Below, piece by piece: positions 10,728 to 21,444 of a DNA stretch of 64,000 nt. The position numbers were made by a program, and so were the translations under genes. The stretch's first letter is position 1. Each line of letters opens with the position of its first letter. The DNA comes from an uncultured Actinomycetota bacterium (GTDB lineage Bacteria > Actinomycetota > Actinomycetes > Propionibacteriales > Nocardioidaceae): assembly GCA_963808115.1 (NCBI GenBank), contig CAWEEN010000001.1, positions 59,742 to 123,741 on the forward strand, in the 5' to 3' direction. The notes under the pieces were generated by a model. It had not been told where the DNA came from and searched no databases. It was given only the letters and a program-made list of their open reading frames with translations.

Positions 10728-13459
10728 GTGCCAACGGCTTCCCCGGACACGCTTCGAGCGGTCGCGTCGTCCCGGACGAAGCGGATCGGCCTTCGGCTGG
10801 TGATGGCCGCCATCGTGGTCGTCGCCCTGTGGTGGGCCCTGCTCGCGCTGGTCAACATCCGCACCAGCATCCTGTGGTTCCGCTCGGTCCACGCCGGTGA
10901 CGTCTACGGCACGATCCTGGGCTCGCAGATCCTGCTCTTCGTGCGTGTTCGGCGGGCTGACCGCGCTGGCGGTCGCCGCGTCGCTGGCGTGGCTGATCCG
11001 CAAGCGCCCGCCGTTCCGCCCCGACCCGCAGCGCAACCAGTGGCGCGCCCGCTACCTGCGCATCGAGAAGCGGCTCCGGACCTGGATCGTCCTGGTCGTC
11101 GCGGGCTACCTCGGCATCAAGATCGGCAGCCGCGCCGCAGCCCAGTGGCAGACCTACCTGCTGTGGCGCCACGCCAAACCCTGGGGCCAGACCGACCCCT
11201 ACTTCCACCGCGACATCTCCTACTACGTCGCGGACCTGCCGTTCCACCAGCTCGTCGTCAGCCTGCTCAGCTCGATCCTGGTCACCTGCCTCGTGGTCTC
11301 GCTGGTCGCCTCCTACCTCTACGGCGCCATCCGGATCCGTGGCCGCGGTCGCAAGATGACCCCGGCCTTCAAGTCCCAGCTGTCGCTGCTGGTCGGGCTC
11401 TGGCTGCTGGTCAAGGCGGCCGGGTTCTGGCTCAGCCGCTACGCGCTGACCACGTCTCCGCGCGGCCTGGTCACCGGCATGGGCTACACCGACACCCACG
11501 CCACGCTCCCCGGCCGCACGATCCTCGCTGTCATCGCGCTGCTGGCCGGGCTGCTGGTGCTGGCCAACATCTGGCTCAAGCGCCTGCGCTACCTCGTGCT
11601 CGGTGTCGTCACCGTCGTGGTCGCCTCCCTCGTCCTCGGTCTGGCGTGGCCGGCCCTGGTCTACCGGTTCAAGGAGCAGCCGAGCGCCGCGAGCCTCGAC
11701 CGGACCGAGATCGAGAACAACCAGGCCGCCACCCTGTCGGCGTTCGGCCTCGACGGCACCGTCACGACCCAGGAGTACGGCGCCAGCACCAGCGCGCCCA
11801 CGACCCCTGCCTCCGTCGAGCGCACGGCGCAGGTCCGGCTGCTCGACCCCAACGTCGTGTCCCCGACCTTCAACGTGAAGCAGGCGCTGCAGTCCTACTA
11901 CCTGTTCAAGTCGACGCTCGACATGGGCACCTACCCCCTCGGATCCGGCACGGACAACGTCGCCAACGGTCCCCAGGACGTCGCCATCGCCGCCCGCGAG
12001 CTCAACCTCCAGGGCATCCCGCGCAGCTCGTGGACCAACCGGCACCTGGTCTACACCCACGGGTACGGCGTGGTGGCGGCACCGACCGACCAGGTCGACT
12101 CCCAGTCCGGCACGCCGACGTTCGTCAACGGCGGCCTGCCCCCGCAGAACCAGATCCCCGTCGGCGCAGCCCCGCATCTACTTCGGTCAGAACTCCCCCA
12201 GCTACTCCATCGTCGGGCAGCCCGCAGGCAGCACCGAGAACGTCGAGTTCGACCACCCGAACCCGGGCGGCGGCCAGCGCGGTGCCCGGACGACCTACGA
12301 GGGCGGCGGCGGCGTCCCGATCGGCTCGACGCTGACCCGGCTGCTCTACGCGATCCAGCTGCGCGACCCCAACATCTTCTTCTCGGCCGGCATCAACAGC
12401 GGGTCCCAGCTGCTGACCGTGCGCAACCCCCGGACCCGCGTGGCGCAGGTCGCGCCCTGGCTGACCCTCGACGGTGACGTCTACCCGGCGATCGTCGGCG
12501 GGAAGGTCGAGTGGGTCGTCGACGGCTACACGTCGACGCGCAACTACCCGAACTCCCAGCAGGTCAACCTGCGGCAGGCGACGTCGAGCGCGCTCACCAC
12601 GTCGGGCTCGAACGTCCAGCAGCCCAGCACCAACGTCAACTACCTGCGCAACTCGGTCAAGGCGGTCGTCGACGCCTACACCGGCCAGGTGACGCTCTAC
12701 GAGTGGGACCAGGCCAGCCGTCCCGACCCCCTCCTCCAGTCGTGGGAGAGCGCCTTCCCCGGCCTGCTGAAGCCGCAGTCCGAGATCCCGGCCGACCTGC
12801 TGCCCCACCTGCGCTACCCGCAGAACCTGTTCGACGTGCAGCGCACCCTGCTCACCCACTACCACGTCACCGACCCGGGCGACTTCTACAGCGGTGCCGA
12901 CTACTGGAAGATCCCGACCGACCCGACGTTCGCGGCGGCCAAGAGCTTCAGCACCGCCGTCACCGGCAAGGGCGCCTCGTCGCCCACGATGGCGTCGGTG
13001 TACATGTCACTGTCGGCCACCGGCGACACCGACGCCCGCTACGCGCTGTCCTCCCCGATGGTGACCCTGAACGGCCGCAACCTGGCGGCGTTCCTCAGCG
13101 TCGACGCGACCCCCGGTCCCGGGTACGGGACGTTCACGCTGCTGCAGTTCCCGGCGGCCAGCCAGTTCGAGTCGCCGGCCCAGATCCAGAACGACATCGA
13201 GTCCGACAACCGGATTGCCGGAGCCCTGACCCTGCAGCGCAACGGGAACTCCAAGGTCGTGCTGGGCAACCTGCTGTCGATCCCGGTCAACGGCAAGGTC
13301 CTCTACGTCGAGCCGGTCTACACCCAGTCCCGCGGCGGCAGCTCGTTCCCGATCCTGCGGCACGTGATCGCGGTGTACGGCGACGGTGAGCCGGCGTTCA
13401 AGCCCACCCTGGACGCGGCCCTGCGCCAGGCGATCGTCAACGACCACCGCACCGGCTGA
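10728..13459 (+). CDS. UPF0182 family membrane protein (indels near 10945 and 12165)
   Basis: LWFRSV, DPYFHRDISYY, HLVYTHGYG, APWLTLDGDVYPA, VNYLRNSVKAVVDAYTG, HLRYP, LYVEPVY; TAGGGT 7 nt before the GTG. Confidence 0.9.
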
Positions 13460-13477
13460 TCCGACCCCCACGGCCTT

Positions 13478-13547
13478 GGTGTCGAGACGGTCGCAGAGCG
13501 ACCTCCTCAACCACCGGCCCACGCCGGCCGTCGCCGGTGGTCGAGCG
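13478..13547. repeat. REP-like palindromic extragenic element
   Basis: GGTGTCGAGAC-GGTCGC-AGA-GCGACC-TCCTCAACCACC, followed by a partial inverted copy GGTGGTCGAG. Confidence 0.5.
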
Positions 13548-13553
13548 CCTTTC

Positions 13554-13614
13554 TCAACGCTGCGGTTGACAACGGGTCGACAGGCGCCCTAGCCTCTTGC
13601 AACCCATCGGTTGA
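13554..13614 (+). promoter_or_regulatory. Sigma-A-like promoter with two palindromic operators
   Basis: TTGACA 13566-13571, 18-nt spacer, TAGCCT 13590-13595; inverted repeats TCAACgctgcgGTTGA (13554) and gCAACCcatcGGTTGa (13599). Confidence 0.7.
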
Positions 13615-13625
13615 AGAAGGTGCTC

Positions 13626-13988
13626 ATGTCCGACCAGCTGTCCCGCGTCTTCGCCGCCCTGTCCGACCCGACCCGCCGTGACATGGTGGCGCGGCTGACC
13701 GACGGCGACGCGACGGTCGGTGACCTCGCCGCGCCGTACGCCGTGAGCCTGCAGGCCGTCTCCAAGCACCTCAAGGTGCTCGAGGAGGCAGGGCTGGTCA
13801 CCCGCAGCCGTGACGCCCAGCGCCGACCGGTGCACCTCGAGGCGGAGGTCTTCGACCTGATGACGAAGTGGATCGAGCGCTACCGCCAACGCGCCGAGGA
13901 GCGGTTCGGTCGCCTCGACGAGGTGCTGGCCGCGCTGAGCCCCGAGACCGATCACCGCACCGTCCCCCAGGAGGGAGCAGCATCATGA
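13626..13988 (+). CDS. ArsR/SmtB family transcriptional regulator
   Basis: FAALSDPTRR...AVSKHLKVLEEAGLV; SD GAAGG upstream. Confidence 0.92.
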   Translation: MSDQLSRVFAALSDPTRRDMVARLTDGDATVGDLAAPYAVSLQAVSKHLKVLEEAGLVTRSRDAQRRPVHLEAEVFDLMTKWIERYRQRAEERFGRLDEVLAALSPETDHRTVPQEGAAS

Positions 13989-14485
13989 CCACCAGCCACA
14001 CCCACCCGTCCTACGCCGAGGCCGCCATCGAGGCCGATGCGGAGGTGCCGATGATCCACATCCGCCGCGACTTCTCCGCGACGCCCGAGCAGCTCTTCCG
14101 CGCCCACACCGACCCTGAGCTGGCCCGGCAGTGGATGGGCCCGGCCGACCGTACCGTCGAGATCCAGCAGTGGGACGCCCACGACGGGGGTGCCTGGCGG
14201 TTCACCAACACGCGCGGTGACGACAGCCAGGCCTTCCGCGGCACCTTCCACACGGTCCGTCCCGACCGCATCGTCCAGACCTTCACCTGGCAGGGCATGC
14301 CCGACGACGTGGCCCTGGAGACGCTGACCTTCGAGGACCTCGGCGACGGCCGAACCCGGCTGCACGGCCGGTCGCTCTGCGACAGCTTCGAGGCCCGCGA
14401 CGGCTGGCTGCGCAGCGGCATGGAGACCGGGGTCAACGAGGGGTACGCCGCCCTCGACGCGCTGCTCGCCGCTGACCAGGTGTGA
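13985..14485 (+). CDS. SRPBCC/AHSA1-like protein
   Basis: RDFSATPEQLFRAHTDPEL, RIVQTFTW, SGMETG; ATGA overlap with arsR. Confidence 0.88.
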   Translation: MTTSHTHPSYAEAAIEADAEVPMIHIRRDFSATPEQLFRAHTDPELARQWMGPADRTVEIQQWDAHDGGAWRFTNTRGDDSQAFRGTFHTVRPDRIVQTFTWQGMPDDVALETLTFEDLGDGRTRLHGRSLCDSFEARDGWLRSGMETGVNEGYAALDALLAADQV

Positions 14486-14489
14486 GCTC

Positions 14490-15059
14490 TCAGCCCCGGG
14501 CGCGCCCCTCCTCGCGCAAGCGAGGCTCCGTGCGCAGCTCAGGATGCAGGCCGCGCTTGTCGGCGTAGAACGCCCGTACCTGGTCCATGTCGGCGACCAC
14601 GTCGTCGGTCGCCTGGATCGTCGGCCCGAAGCCCGCCGTGCGGGTCGGACCGTCGATGAAGGCGAGGGCGATGGGCAGGTCGGCCGCGCGCGCGAGGCGC
14701 CAGAAGCCTGACTTCCAGTACTCCCCCTTCTGGCGGGTGCCCTCAGCAGCCAGGATCAGCAGGAACGGCTCTCCGCTACGGGCCTCGCGCACGAGGTCGC
14801 GGACCACCGCAGCCGGGTTGTCGCGGTCGAGCGGGACGCCACCGAGACGCGGCAGCAGCCAACGCCGGGGGCCCCGGAAGTGCTCCTGCTTGATCAGCAC
14901 CCGGGGCGTCACACCGCCGCGCCACATGATCAGCAGCATCATCACGAAGTCCCAGTTGGACGTGTGCGGAGCCCCGACCAGCACGCCGCTGGAGGGTACG
15001 TCCCCGACCGCCTTCCAGCGGGTGGCCCAGAGGACGAAGCTGGCCAGCCGGCTCCTCAT
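14490..15059 (-). CDS. 1-acyl-sn-glycerol-3-phosphate acyltransferase family protein
   Basis: APHTSNWD, AEGTR, WKSGFW motifs. Confidence 0.88.
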   Translation of the reverse strand: MRSRLASFVLWATRWKAVGDVPSSGVLVGAPHTSNWDFVMMLLIMWRGGVTPRVLIKQEHFRGPRRWLLPRLGGVPLDRDNPAAVVRDLVREARSGEPFLLILAAEGTRQKGEYWKSGFWRLARAADLPIALAFIDGPTRTAGFGPTIQATDDVVADMDQVRAFYADKRGLHPELRTEPRLREEGRARG

Positions 15060-15173
15060 GACGTTCCCCTCCCGGATGCCGTCGGGTGGCGGTGTCCTGG
15101 GCCCCAACCTACGACAGCCGCGTCCCGCTGAGCCGGGCCGCCCCGGACCACCGCCGACGTCCCGCACGGCCGC

Positions 15174-16994
15174 TCAGTGCAGGACGGTGTAGGCCAGCCG
15201 GACCGTGAAGCTCTTGACGTCGTACTTCGCCCCGAGGGCGGTGTAGACGCCCCAGTACAGCGACCGGTCGGGGTAGACGTACCCGCCGCCCGCGGTGCTC
15301 ACGCCGGCATGGTCGCCCAGGCCGGGCCGCAGCTGCTTGTCGCCCTTCCACCCGTCCTTGCGGTGGTAGTAGGCGATGTAGGCCAGGCTCCGTGGCTCGG
15401 CCCGAGCCGCGCCGCCGTACGCCGAGATCCGCAGCGAGCCGTAGCGCAGGGCTGCCGGCACCCGGATCCGCTGGACGGTGCTCACCAAGGTGGCCTGGAG
15501 GCTCCCCTTGCACCTCGTCTCGGTGTAGAGGCCCATCGACCCCTTCCACCCGCGGGCCGCCGGGAACTTCAGGGTCGAGCAACGACCGACCCGGGAGTCC
15601 ACGAGCGACCCGCGGGCACTCACCGTGCGGGTGAAGGTCCGGGTGACCAGGAGCTGGTGGTTGACCGTCAGGGTCACGGAGTCGTCGGTGCTGGAGTTGC
15701 CGTACTGGTCGGTCACGACCGTGTGGACGGCGTACTGACCGGCCGCGACCACGGCACCCCCCTGGGTACGGCCGTTCCAGACCGCCTGGTCGGAGCCCCA
15801 CGAGAGGCCGGTGGTGAGCACCCGCACGAGCGTCCCGTGGCTGTCGCGGATCTCGTAGCGGCTCATCACGGGGTTGTTGTCGGTGGCCGTGGTGGTCAGC
15901 GTCGTGGTGTCGCGGTAGCCGTCACGCGCGGGGTAGATCGTGGCGGGGGCGGCCGTCACCGAGCCGATCACCGGCTTGCTCGAGTCGACCACGAAGCTGC
16001 CGGTGCCCGGGTAGACCTCGCCCTCGAGGTGGCCGAAGTCGGGGTCGTCGTAGCTCACCGTGCCACCCAGCTCGTAGGGACCCGACGTCAGCCCGGTGGC
16101 GTCCAGGGGCACGGTCACCTCCCCGTGGCCGTCGGCGATGAGACCCGAGAACCTGCCACCGAAGCCCGGCACCACGGACCCGGTCGTCACCCGCCGGACC
16201 TCCAGGTCCAGGGTCACCGTGGCGCCGGTCGGGACCGAGATGAGGGCCTGGATGTCGGGAGCCGTCGTGTCGTCGGGCCCGAGGAACTGCGGGGTGATGC
16301 TCTGGACGACGGCGCTGGTGGTCCTGCGGACGGTGACATGGGCCGACAGACCGGGGTACAGGTGGCACGGCCCGACTCCGGCGGCGTGGCACCGCAGGAT
16401 CCCGACGTCTCCGTCGCCGTCAGGAAGGTCGAGGTCGGTGGTGCCGTTGCGGTCGAGGATGATCCAGGTGGACGGCGTGGTCTCCCCGGTAGGCGTCCAG
16501 GTCGCGTAGAGCGCGCCCCCACCGGACGGGTCGGAGACGGAGACGGTGTAGGGGCCGTTGCCCGTGCCGAGCTTGCTGATGTCGGGCCAGGTCACCGACG
16601 GTGTCGCTCCGACGGGTGCGAACGATGCCGTGTCCACCGGGCCGCCACAGCTCGACGGGTCGGCGTCCGCGCACTCGCTCACCCGCACGTCCGCGGCGTC
16701 GCCGAGGCCCCAGGTGCTCAGGTCGAAGGCCACCTGGTGCGTGTCGGACGGGACCGCCTGCACGTCGGCGTCGAACTCGCCGACGAAGACGCCGGGGTCA
16801 CCGCCGGTGACCGAGACCATGACGAAGGCGGCATCGCTGGTGACCGTCCCGGTCACGTGGCCGGCGGAGGGCGTGGCCACGTTGCTGAGTGCGGTCGTCG
16901 CGGCCTGCGCGGGGCCGGACCAGGCCCCGAGCACGAGCACGGTGACCAGGGCGCCGGCCACGGCGCTGGGCAGGAGGTGGAGGCGTCGATGCAT
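15174..16994 (-). CDS. Secreted protein with Ig-like/FlgD-like domains
   Basis: Signal peptide ending PAQA; TIYPARDGYRD and VWNGR...VAAGQY motifs; Thr/Val/Gly-rich. Confidence 0.7.
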   Translation of the reverse strand: MHRRLHLLPSAVAGALVTVLVLGAWSGPAQAATTALSNVATPSAGHVTGTVTSDAAFVMVSVTGGDPGVFVGEFDADVQAVPSDTHQVAFDLSTWGLGDAADVRVSECADADPSSCGGPVDTASFAPVGATPSVTWPDISKLGTGNGPYTVSVSDPSGGGALYATWTPTGETTPSTWIILDRNGTTDLDLPDGDGDVGILRCHAAGVGPCHLYPGLSAHVTVRRTTSAVVQSITPQFLGPDDTTAPDIQALISVPTGATVTLDLEVRRVTTGSVVPGFGGRFSGLIADGHGEVTVPLDATGLTSGPYELGGTVSYDDPDFGHLEGEVYPGTGSFVVDSSKPVIGSVTAAPATIYPARDGYRDTTTLTTTATDNNPVMSRYEIRDSHGTLVRVLTTGLSWGSDQAVWNGRTQGGAVVAAGQYAVHTVVTDQYGNSSTDDSVTLTVNHQLLVTRTFTRTVSARGSLVDSRVGRCSTLKFPAARGWKGSMGLYTETRCKGSLQATLVSTVQRIRVPAALRYGSLRISAYGGAARAEPRSLAYIAYYHRKDGWKGDKQLRPGLGDHAGVSTAGGGYVYPDRSLYWGVYTALGAKYDVKSFTVRLAYTVLH

Positions 16995-17138
16995 GTGGGC
17001 TTCCCCGAGTCAGGACGGCTGCTGCTGCCGTCGGGCCCGGGAATCCTAGGGCCACGCCGCGCGGATGTGCGCACTTCGCCGATGTTGCCGTCGGGTCACC
17101 CCCTTCCGCGGCGGAGGTTCCGCTTCTAGCGTGACGCC

Positions 17139-17786
17139 ATGACGACCTCGACCCACCCCATGAGCATGAACAAGGTGATCCACGGCGCGGTCCGCCGCGA
17201 CCTCGGCCGGTTCCGCGTCGCGCTGGACACCTATCGCGACGGGGATCGCCAGCGAGCCGAGGCGCTGTACCGGGCGTGGGCCAACTTCGACGCCCAGCTG
17301 ACCGAGCATCACGAGGGCGAGCACGAGATCGCCTGGCCGGCGATGACCGCGATCGGCATCACGGAGCAGACGATCTCCTCCTTCGACGCCGAGCACGAGC
17401 AGATGGCCGCCGACCTTGCGGCGACCGGAGAGGCGATGGCCGCGCTGCGCCGGACCGCGACCCGCGCCGACGCCGACGCCGCGGCTGCCGCGATGCTCAC
17501 CCTCCAGACGACCACCGTGAGTCATCTCGACCACGAGGAGCAGGAGACCGAGCCGGCGTTCGCCCAGCACGAGGGCGACCCGGCCCTCACCGAGATGGGC
17601 CGAAAGTTCAGCCGGAGGACCGGACCCGCCAAGGCCGGGGTGTTCTTCGCCTGGGTACAGGACGGCGCCACGCCCGAGGAACGGGCTGCCCTCGCCTCCA
17701 GCGTGCCCAGGCCAGTGCTGGCGGTGCTGGGCGGTCTGTTCGGCCGTCGCTACCGCACGGAGGTCGCGCCGGTCTGGTCGAGCTGA
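17139..17786 (+). CDS. Hemerythrin-domain protein
   Basis: IHGAVRRDL, EHHEGE, EHEQM, HLDHEE; TAGCGT 7 nt upstream (leaderless). Confidence 0.85.
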   Translation: MTTSTHPMSMNKVIHGAVRRDLGRFRVALDTYRDGDRQRAEALYRAWANFDAQLTEHHEGEHEIAWPAMTAIGITEQTISSFDAEHEQMAADLAATGEAMAALRRTATRADADAAAAAMLTLQTTTVSHLDHEEQETEPAFAQHEGDPALTEMGRKFSRRTGPAKAGVFFAWVQDGATPEERAALASSVPRPVLAVLGGLFGRRYRTEVAPVWSS

Positions 17787-17818
17787 GCCGCGTCTCGGGG
17801 ATGCACCATGCTCGAGCC

Positions 17819-18992
17819 ATGACCCCGCACCTCCACGCGACCGCGATCACGCCCGACCTCGTCCGGGGGGCGCTCGAGCTCGAGGAGACGCCGTACGGTG
17901 TGCTGCCGCACCGCCTCCCCCCGTCCGAGCGGCGCTGGGCCGACCCGCAGCTGGCGTTCGCCGAGTCGCAGCCCTCCGGCGTACGGCTGGCCTTCCGGAC
18001 CCGCGCCACCGTCGTCCGGCTGATCACCGTCCCGACGAAGCAGGTCTACGTCGGTGCCCCACCGCGCCCCGACGGCGTCTACGAGCTCGTGGTCGACGGG
18101 CACCTCGCGACTCAGGGGTCCGTTGCCGGTGGGCACACGATGACCATCGACATGTCCACGGGTGGGGTCGAGGTGACGCCGGGAGGGCCTGCCGCCGTCG
18201 AGTTCGGCGACCTCGGCGCCGGCGACCACGAGATCGAGCTCTGGTTGCCGTGGAACGAGCGCACCGAGCTGGTCTCCCTGCACACCGATGCGCCGATCAA
18301 CCCCGCTCCCGACACCCCGTCGTGTGTGGCTGCACCACGGCAGCTCGATCAGCCACGGCTCGGACTCCGCCGGCCCCACCACCACCTGGCCTGCGGTCGC
18401 TGCCGAGCGCTGGGTGGCGCCGGCCTGGTCAACCTCGGCTTCAGCGGCAGCGCCCTGCTCGACCCCTGCGTGGCGCGCGCCATCCGCGACACCCCGGCCG
18501 ACCTGATCAGTCTCAAGCTCGGGATCAACGTGGTGAACCAGCGACTCGATGCGGCTGCGCGCCTTCACGCCGGCCGTGCACGGCTACCTCGACACGATCC
18601 GCGAGGGACATCCCACGGCGCCGCTCCTGGTGGTCTCGCCGGTCCTCTGCCCGGTCCACGAGGCGGTCCCGGGACCGACCGCCATGGACCTGGAGGAGCT
18701 GGCCCAGGGCCGGCTGCGGTTCCGCGCGACCGGTGACCCGGCCGACGTCGCCGCCGGGCGGCTCACCCTCGCCGTCATCCGTGCCGAGCTGGCACGCATC
18801 GTCGAGGAACGGCGTGCCGACGACCCTCACCTGGCCTACCTCGACGGACGCGAGCTGTACGGCGAGGCGGACACCGCAGCCCTGCCGCTCCCCGACGGCC
18901 TGCACCCCGGCCCCGCAGCCCAGCACCTGATCGGCGAGCGGTTCGGGCGGCTGGTGTTCGCCGACGAGGGGTTCTTCGGTCCAGCCGGCTGA
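17819..18992 (+). CDS. SGNH/GDSL hydrolase family protein (several indels between 18310 and 18550)
   Basis: WLHHGSSISHG, NLGFSGSALLDP, KLGINVVN, PDGLHP, spread over different frames. Confidence 0.82.
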
Positions 18993-19004
18993 CCGCGCCG
19001 ACGT

Positions 19005-19940
19005 CTACCGGATCTCGGTCCACCGGACGGCAAGGGGCGGCGTCGTGGCGGCCGCCTCGAGCAGCCGGGCGATGTCGGCGGCGAGCGGGACGCCGAGGCG
19101 TGGGTCCGCCGGGTCGGCGAGCAGAGCGTCGTACAGCCCCCGGTAATGGGCCTCCTTGCGGCCGACGGTGCCGGCATAGCCGACATGCTCGGTGACCAGC
19201 CCTCCCTCCACGACCGTGACCGTCATCGACGTGTGGTCGAGCCGGACCTCGCGATCGCCGTCGTAGGACAGGGTGGTCTGCTTGGACGAGTCGGCGGCCA
19301 GCCAGTTCGAGGTGAGCACGGTGCGGCCGCCGTCCTCGTGGCCGAGCAGGGTGACAGCGCGGTGGCCTTCGTCGGCGTGGCCGAGCAGGTCGCACCGTCC
19401 GACGAACGGCGCCAGGAGGCTGAGCTGGTTGGGCCCGGAGTCGACCCACGTCGAGCCGTAGCTGGCCAGACGCTCGGGCGGCAGGCCGCCGTAGGCGTCG
19501 TGGAAGACGCTCAGCACCCGCGTCGGGCGGCCCCAGCCCGCACCGGTGACGTGGCGGCGCGCCCACTCGACCTCCGGCGAGAACGCGAAGTGGTGGGCGA
19601 CCCGGACCCGGTCGGCGACGTCGGTGAGCCGGTCGATCTCGCCGAGGCTCGTGGCCAGCGGCTTCTCGGAGAGCACGAGCGCCCCGGAGGCGTCGACCAC
19701 CTCGCGCACCAGGTCGACGTGGGTGTCGCTCGGAGTGGCCACGACCACCAGGTCGGGGTCGGGCGCGGTCGTCAGGGCCTCGGCCAGGCTCGGGAAGACC
19801 GGGAAGGCGGCGCCGTCGACGACGGGGTCGACGCCGCCCACGACCGCCACGTCGGGCCGCTGGGCCAGCACCGACAGATGGGTCTGTGCGATGGTCCCCA
19901 GCCCGACGACGAGCACCCGTCGTACCCCCGTCACAGCCAT
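19005..19940 (-). CDS. Gfo/Idh/MocA family oxidoreductase
   Basis: VVGLGTIA, VVATPSDTH, LSEKPLA; start 19940 or 19934. Confidence 0.8.
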   Translation of the reverse strand: MAVTGVRRVLVVGLGTIAQTHLSVLAQRPDVAVVGGVDPVVDGAAFPVFPSLAEALTTAPDPDLVVVATPSDTHVDLVREVVDASGALVLSEKPLATSLGEIDRLTDVADRVRVAHHFAFSPEVEWARRHVTGAGWGRPTRVLSVFHDAYGGLPPERLASYGSTWVDSGPNQLSLLAPFVGRCDLLGHADEGHRAVTLLGHEDGGRTVLTSNWLAADSSKQTTLSYDGDREVRLDHTSMTVTVVEGGLVTEHVGYAGTVGRKEAHYRGLYDALLADPADPRLGVPLAADIARLLEAAATTPPLAVRWTEIR

Positions 19941-20392
19941 CGCCGCACCTGCCTGCGGTAGTCGTCGTACGTCGCCGCGAACGACGTCGCCAGGTAGCGC
20001 TCCTCGGGAAGGACGGCACCCCACCGCAGCAGGGCCCACTCCACCGGGAGCAGCAGCAGCGCCCACAGCGATCCCGCCAGGAGAGCAAGGCCGGCCGCCC
20101 CCACCAGGAGCCCCACGTACAAGGGGTTCCGGGACCGGGCGAAGGGGCCGTCGACGATGACCGTGGTCGTGGGACTGCCCGGCAGGAGCCCGGTCCGGTG
20201 CCTGGCCACCGTCCACAGGGCCCAGCCGTTCCAGGCCACGAAGGCCGCGACCAGCAGCCAGCCCGACATCGCGGTCTGCACCGACCGGGTCAGGGGGTCG
20301 CCGACGAACCAGGTCACGAGCACCCCGGCGAGCAGTGGACCGCCCACCGCTACCGGCGGCCAGACCCGGAAGTCGGGTCCGCGGTCAGCCAC
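19931..20392 (-). CDS. Isoprenylcysteine carboxylmethyltransferase family membrane protein
   Basis: GPFARSRNPLYVG, EERYL...Y..YRRQVRRWL. Confidence 0.88.
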   Translation of the reverse strand: MADRGPDFRVWPPVAVGGPLLAGVLVTWFVGDPLTRSVQTAMSGWLLVAAFVAWNGWALWTVARHRTGLLPGSPTTTVIVDGPFARSRNPLYVGLLVGAAGLALLAGSLWALLLLPVEWALLRWGAVLPEERYLATSFAATYDDYRRQVRRWL

Positions 20393-20407
20393 GGCGCGCG
20401 CCGTCGG

Positions 20408-21301
20408 TCACAGCAGCTCGTGCCGGTACGGCGGGTCGGCACCCGGGCGAGAGACCGTCACCGCCGCGGCCCGGGCCGCGTGCCGCATCACGCCGGCGAT
20501 CTCGTCCTCCCCGAGACCGGTCAGCCGGCCGCCCAGGGCGCCCAGCTCCCAGAGGGCGTCGATGGTGGCCGCGCCGAAGGTGTCTCCGGCCCCGATCGTG
20601 TCGGCCACCGCGACCTCCACACCCGGGACGTCGACGCGACGGTTCGCGCCGTACCAGGACGCACCTTGGCGCCCGCGGGTCACGACCACCGCCGAGGGAC
20701 CGAGGTCGAGCAGCCGTTGCACCGAGTGCTGGAGGGTGTCGTCGGGGTAGAGCGCCTCGAGGTCCTCGTCGGAGGCCTTGACCAGGTCGGCGAGCGCGGC
20801 CACCTCCTCCACGGCAGTCACCACCTCCGGCCCGGTGCCGGTGACCGCCGGCCGGGCGTTCACGTCGTAGCTGATCGTCGCCGACGGGCGCTGCGCCTCG
20901 AGCAGCCGTCGTACGTCGTCGGCACCGGGGCTCAGCACGGCGCCGATCGAGCAGGTGTGCACGACCATCGGCCTGAGCTCGGGCAGCGGGTTGAGCCGCC
21001 AGTCGATGTCGAACGTGTACGTCGCGCTGCCGTCGGCGGCGATCGTGGCCAGCGCCGTGGCGGTCCGGGCCAGCGCGAACGGGTCACCGGCGACGCTCAC
21101 GGCCGACTGGTTGAGGTGACGCGCCAGCACCGCTCCGCGTGCGTCGTCGGCGTACGCGGTCACGAATTCGACCGGTCTTCCGAGCCGCGCCAGGGCGACT
21201 GCGACGTTGGCCGCGCTCCCGCCGGCATGCTCGACGGTCGCACCGTCGGCACGCTGCACGATGTCGACCAGCGACTCCCCGACGACCACGACTCCTGCCA
21301 T
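20408..21301 (-). CDS. PfkB family carbohydrate kinase (fructokinase-like)
   Basis: GGSAANVAVALARLG, VKASDED, DTIGAGDTF. Confidence 0.92.
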   Translation of the reverse strand: MAGVVVVGESLVDIVQRADGATVEHAGGSAANVAVALARLGRPVEFVTAYADDARGAVLARHLNQSAVSVAGDPFALARTATALATIAADGSATYTFDIDWRLNPLPELRPMVVHTCSIGAVLSPGADDVRRLLEAQRPSATISYDVNARPAVTGTGPEVVTAVEEVAALADLVKASDEDLEALYPDDTLQHSVQRLLDLGPSAVVVTRGRQGASWYGANRRVDVPGVEVAVADTIGAGDTFGAATIDALWELGALGGRLTGLGEDEIAGVMRHAARAAAVTVSRPGADPPYRHELL

Positions 21302-21390
21302 GGCACCTGCCTATCGCACTTCGCCTCCGGCGTGCAGCAGGATGTCCGCCGCGCCCGTCATCGGGTTCGACGCCGGGCTCCACCGCACGA

Positions 21391-21427
21391 CGAAGGCCCG
21401 CCACCTCGACGAGGTGACGGGCCTTCG
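21391..21427 (-). terminator. Hairpin after rplQ, probable terminator of the alpha operon
   Basis: CGAAGGCCCG-CCACCTC...GAGGTGA-CGGGCCTTCG inverted repeat, 17 nt past the stop. Confidence 0.7.
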
Positions 21428-21444
21428 ACTGTCCTACGGCGTGA

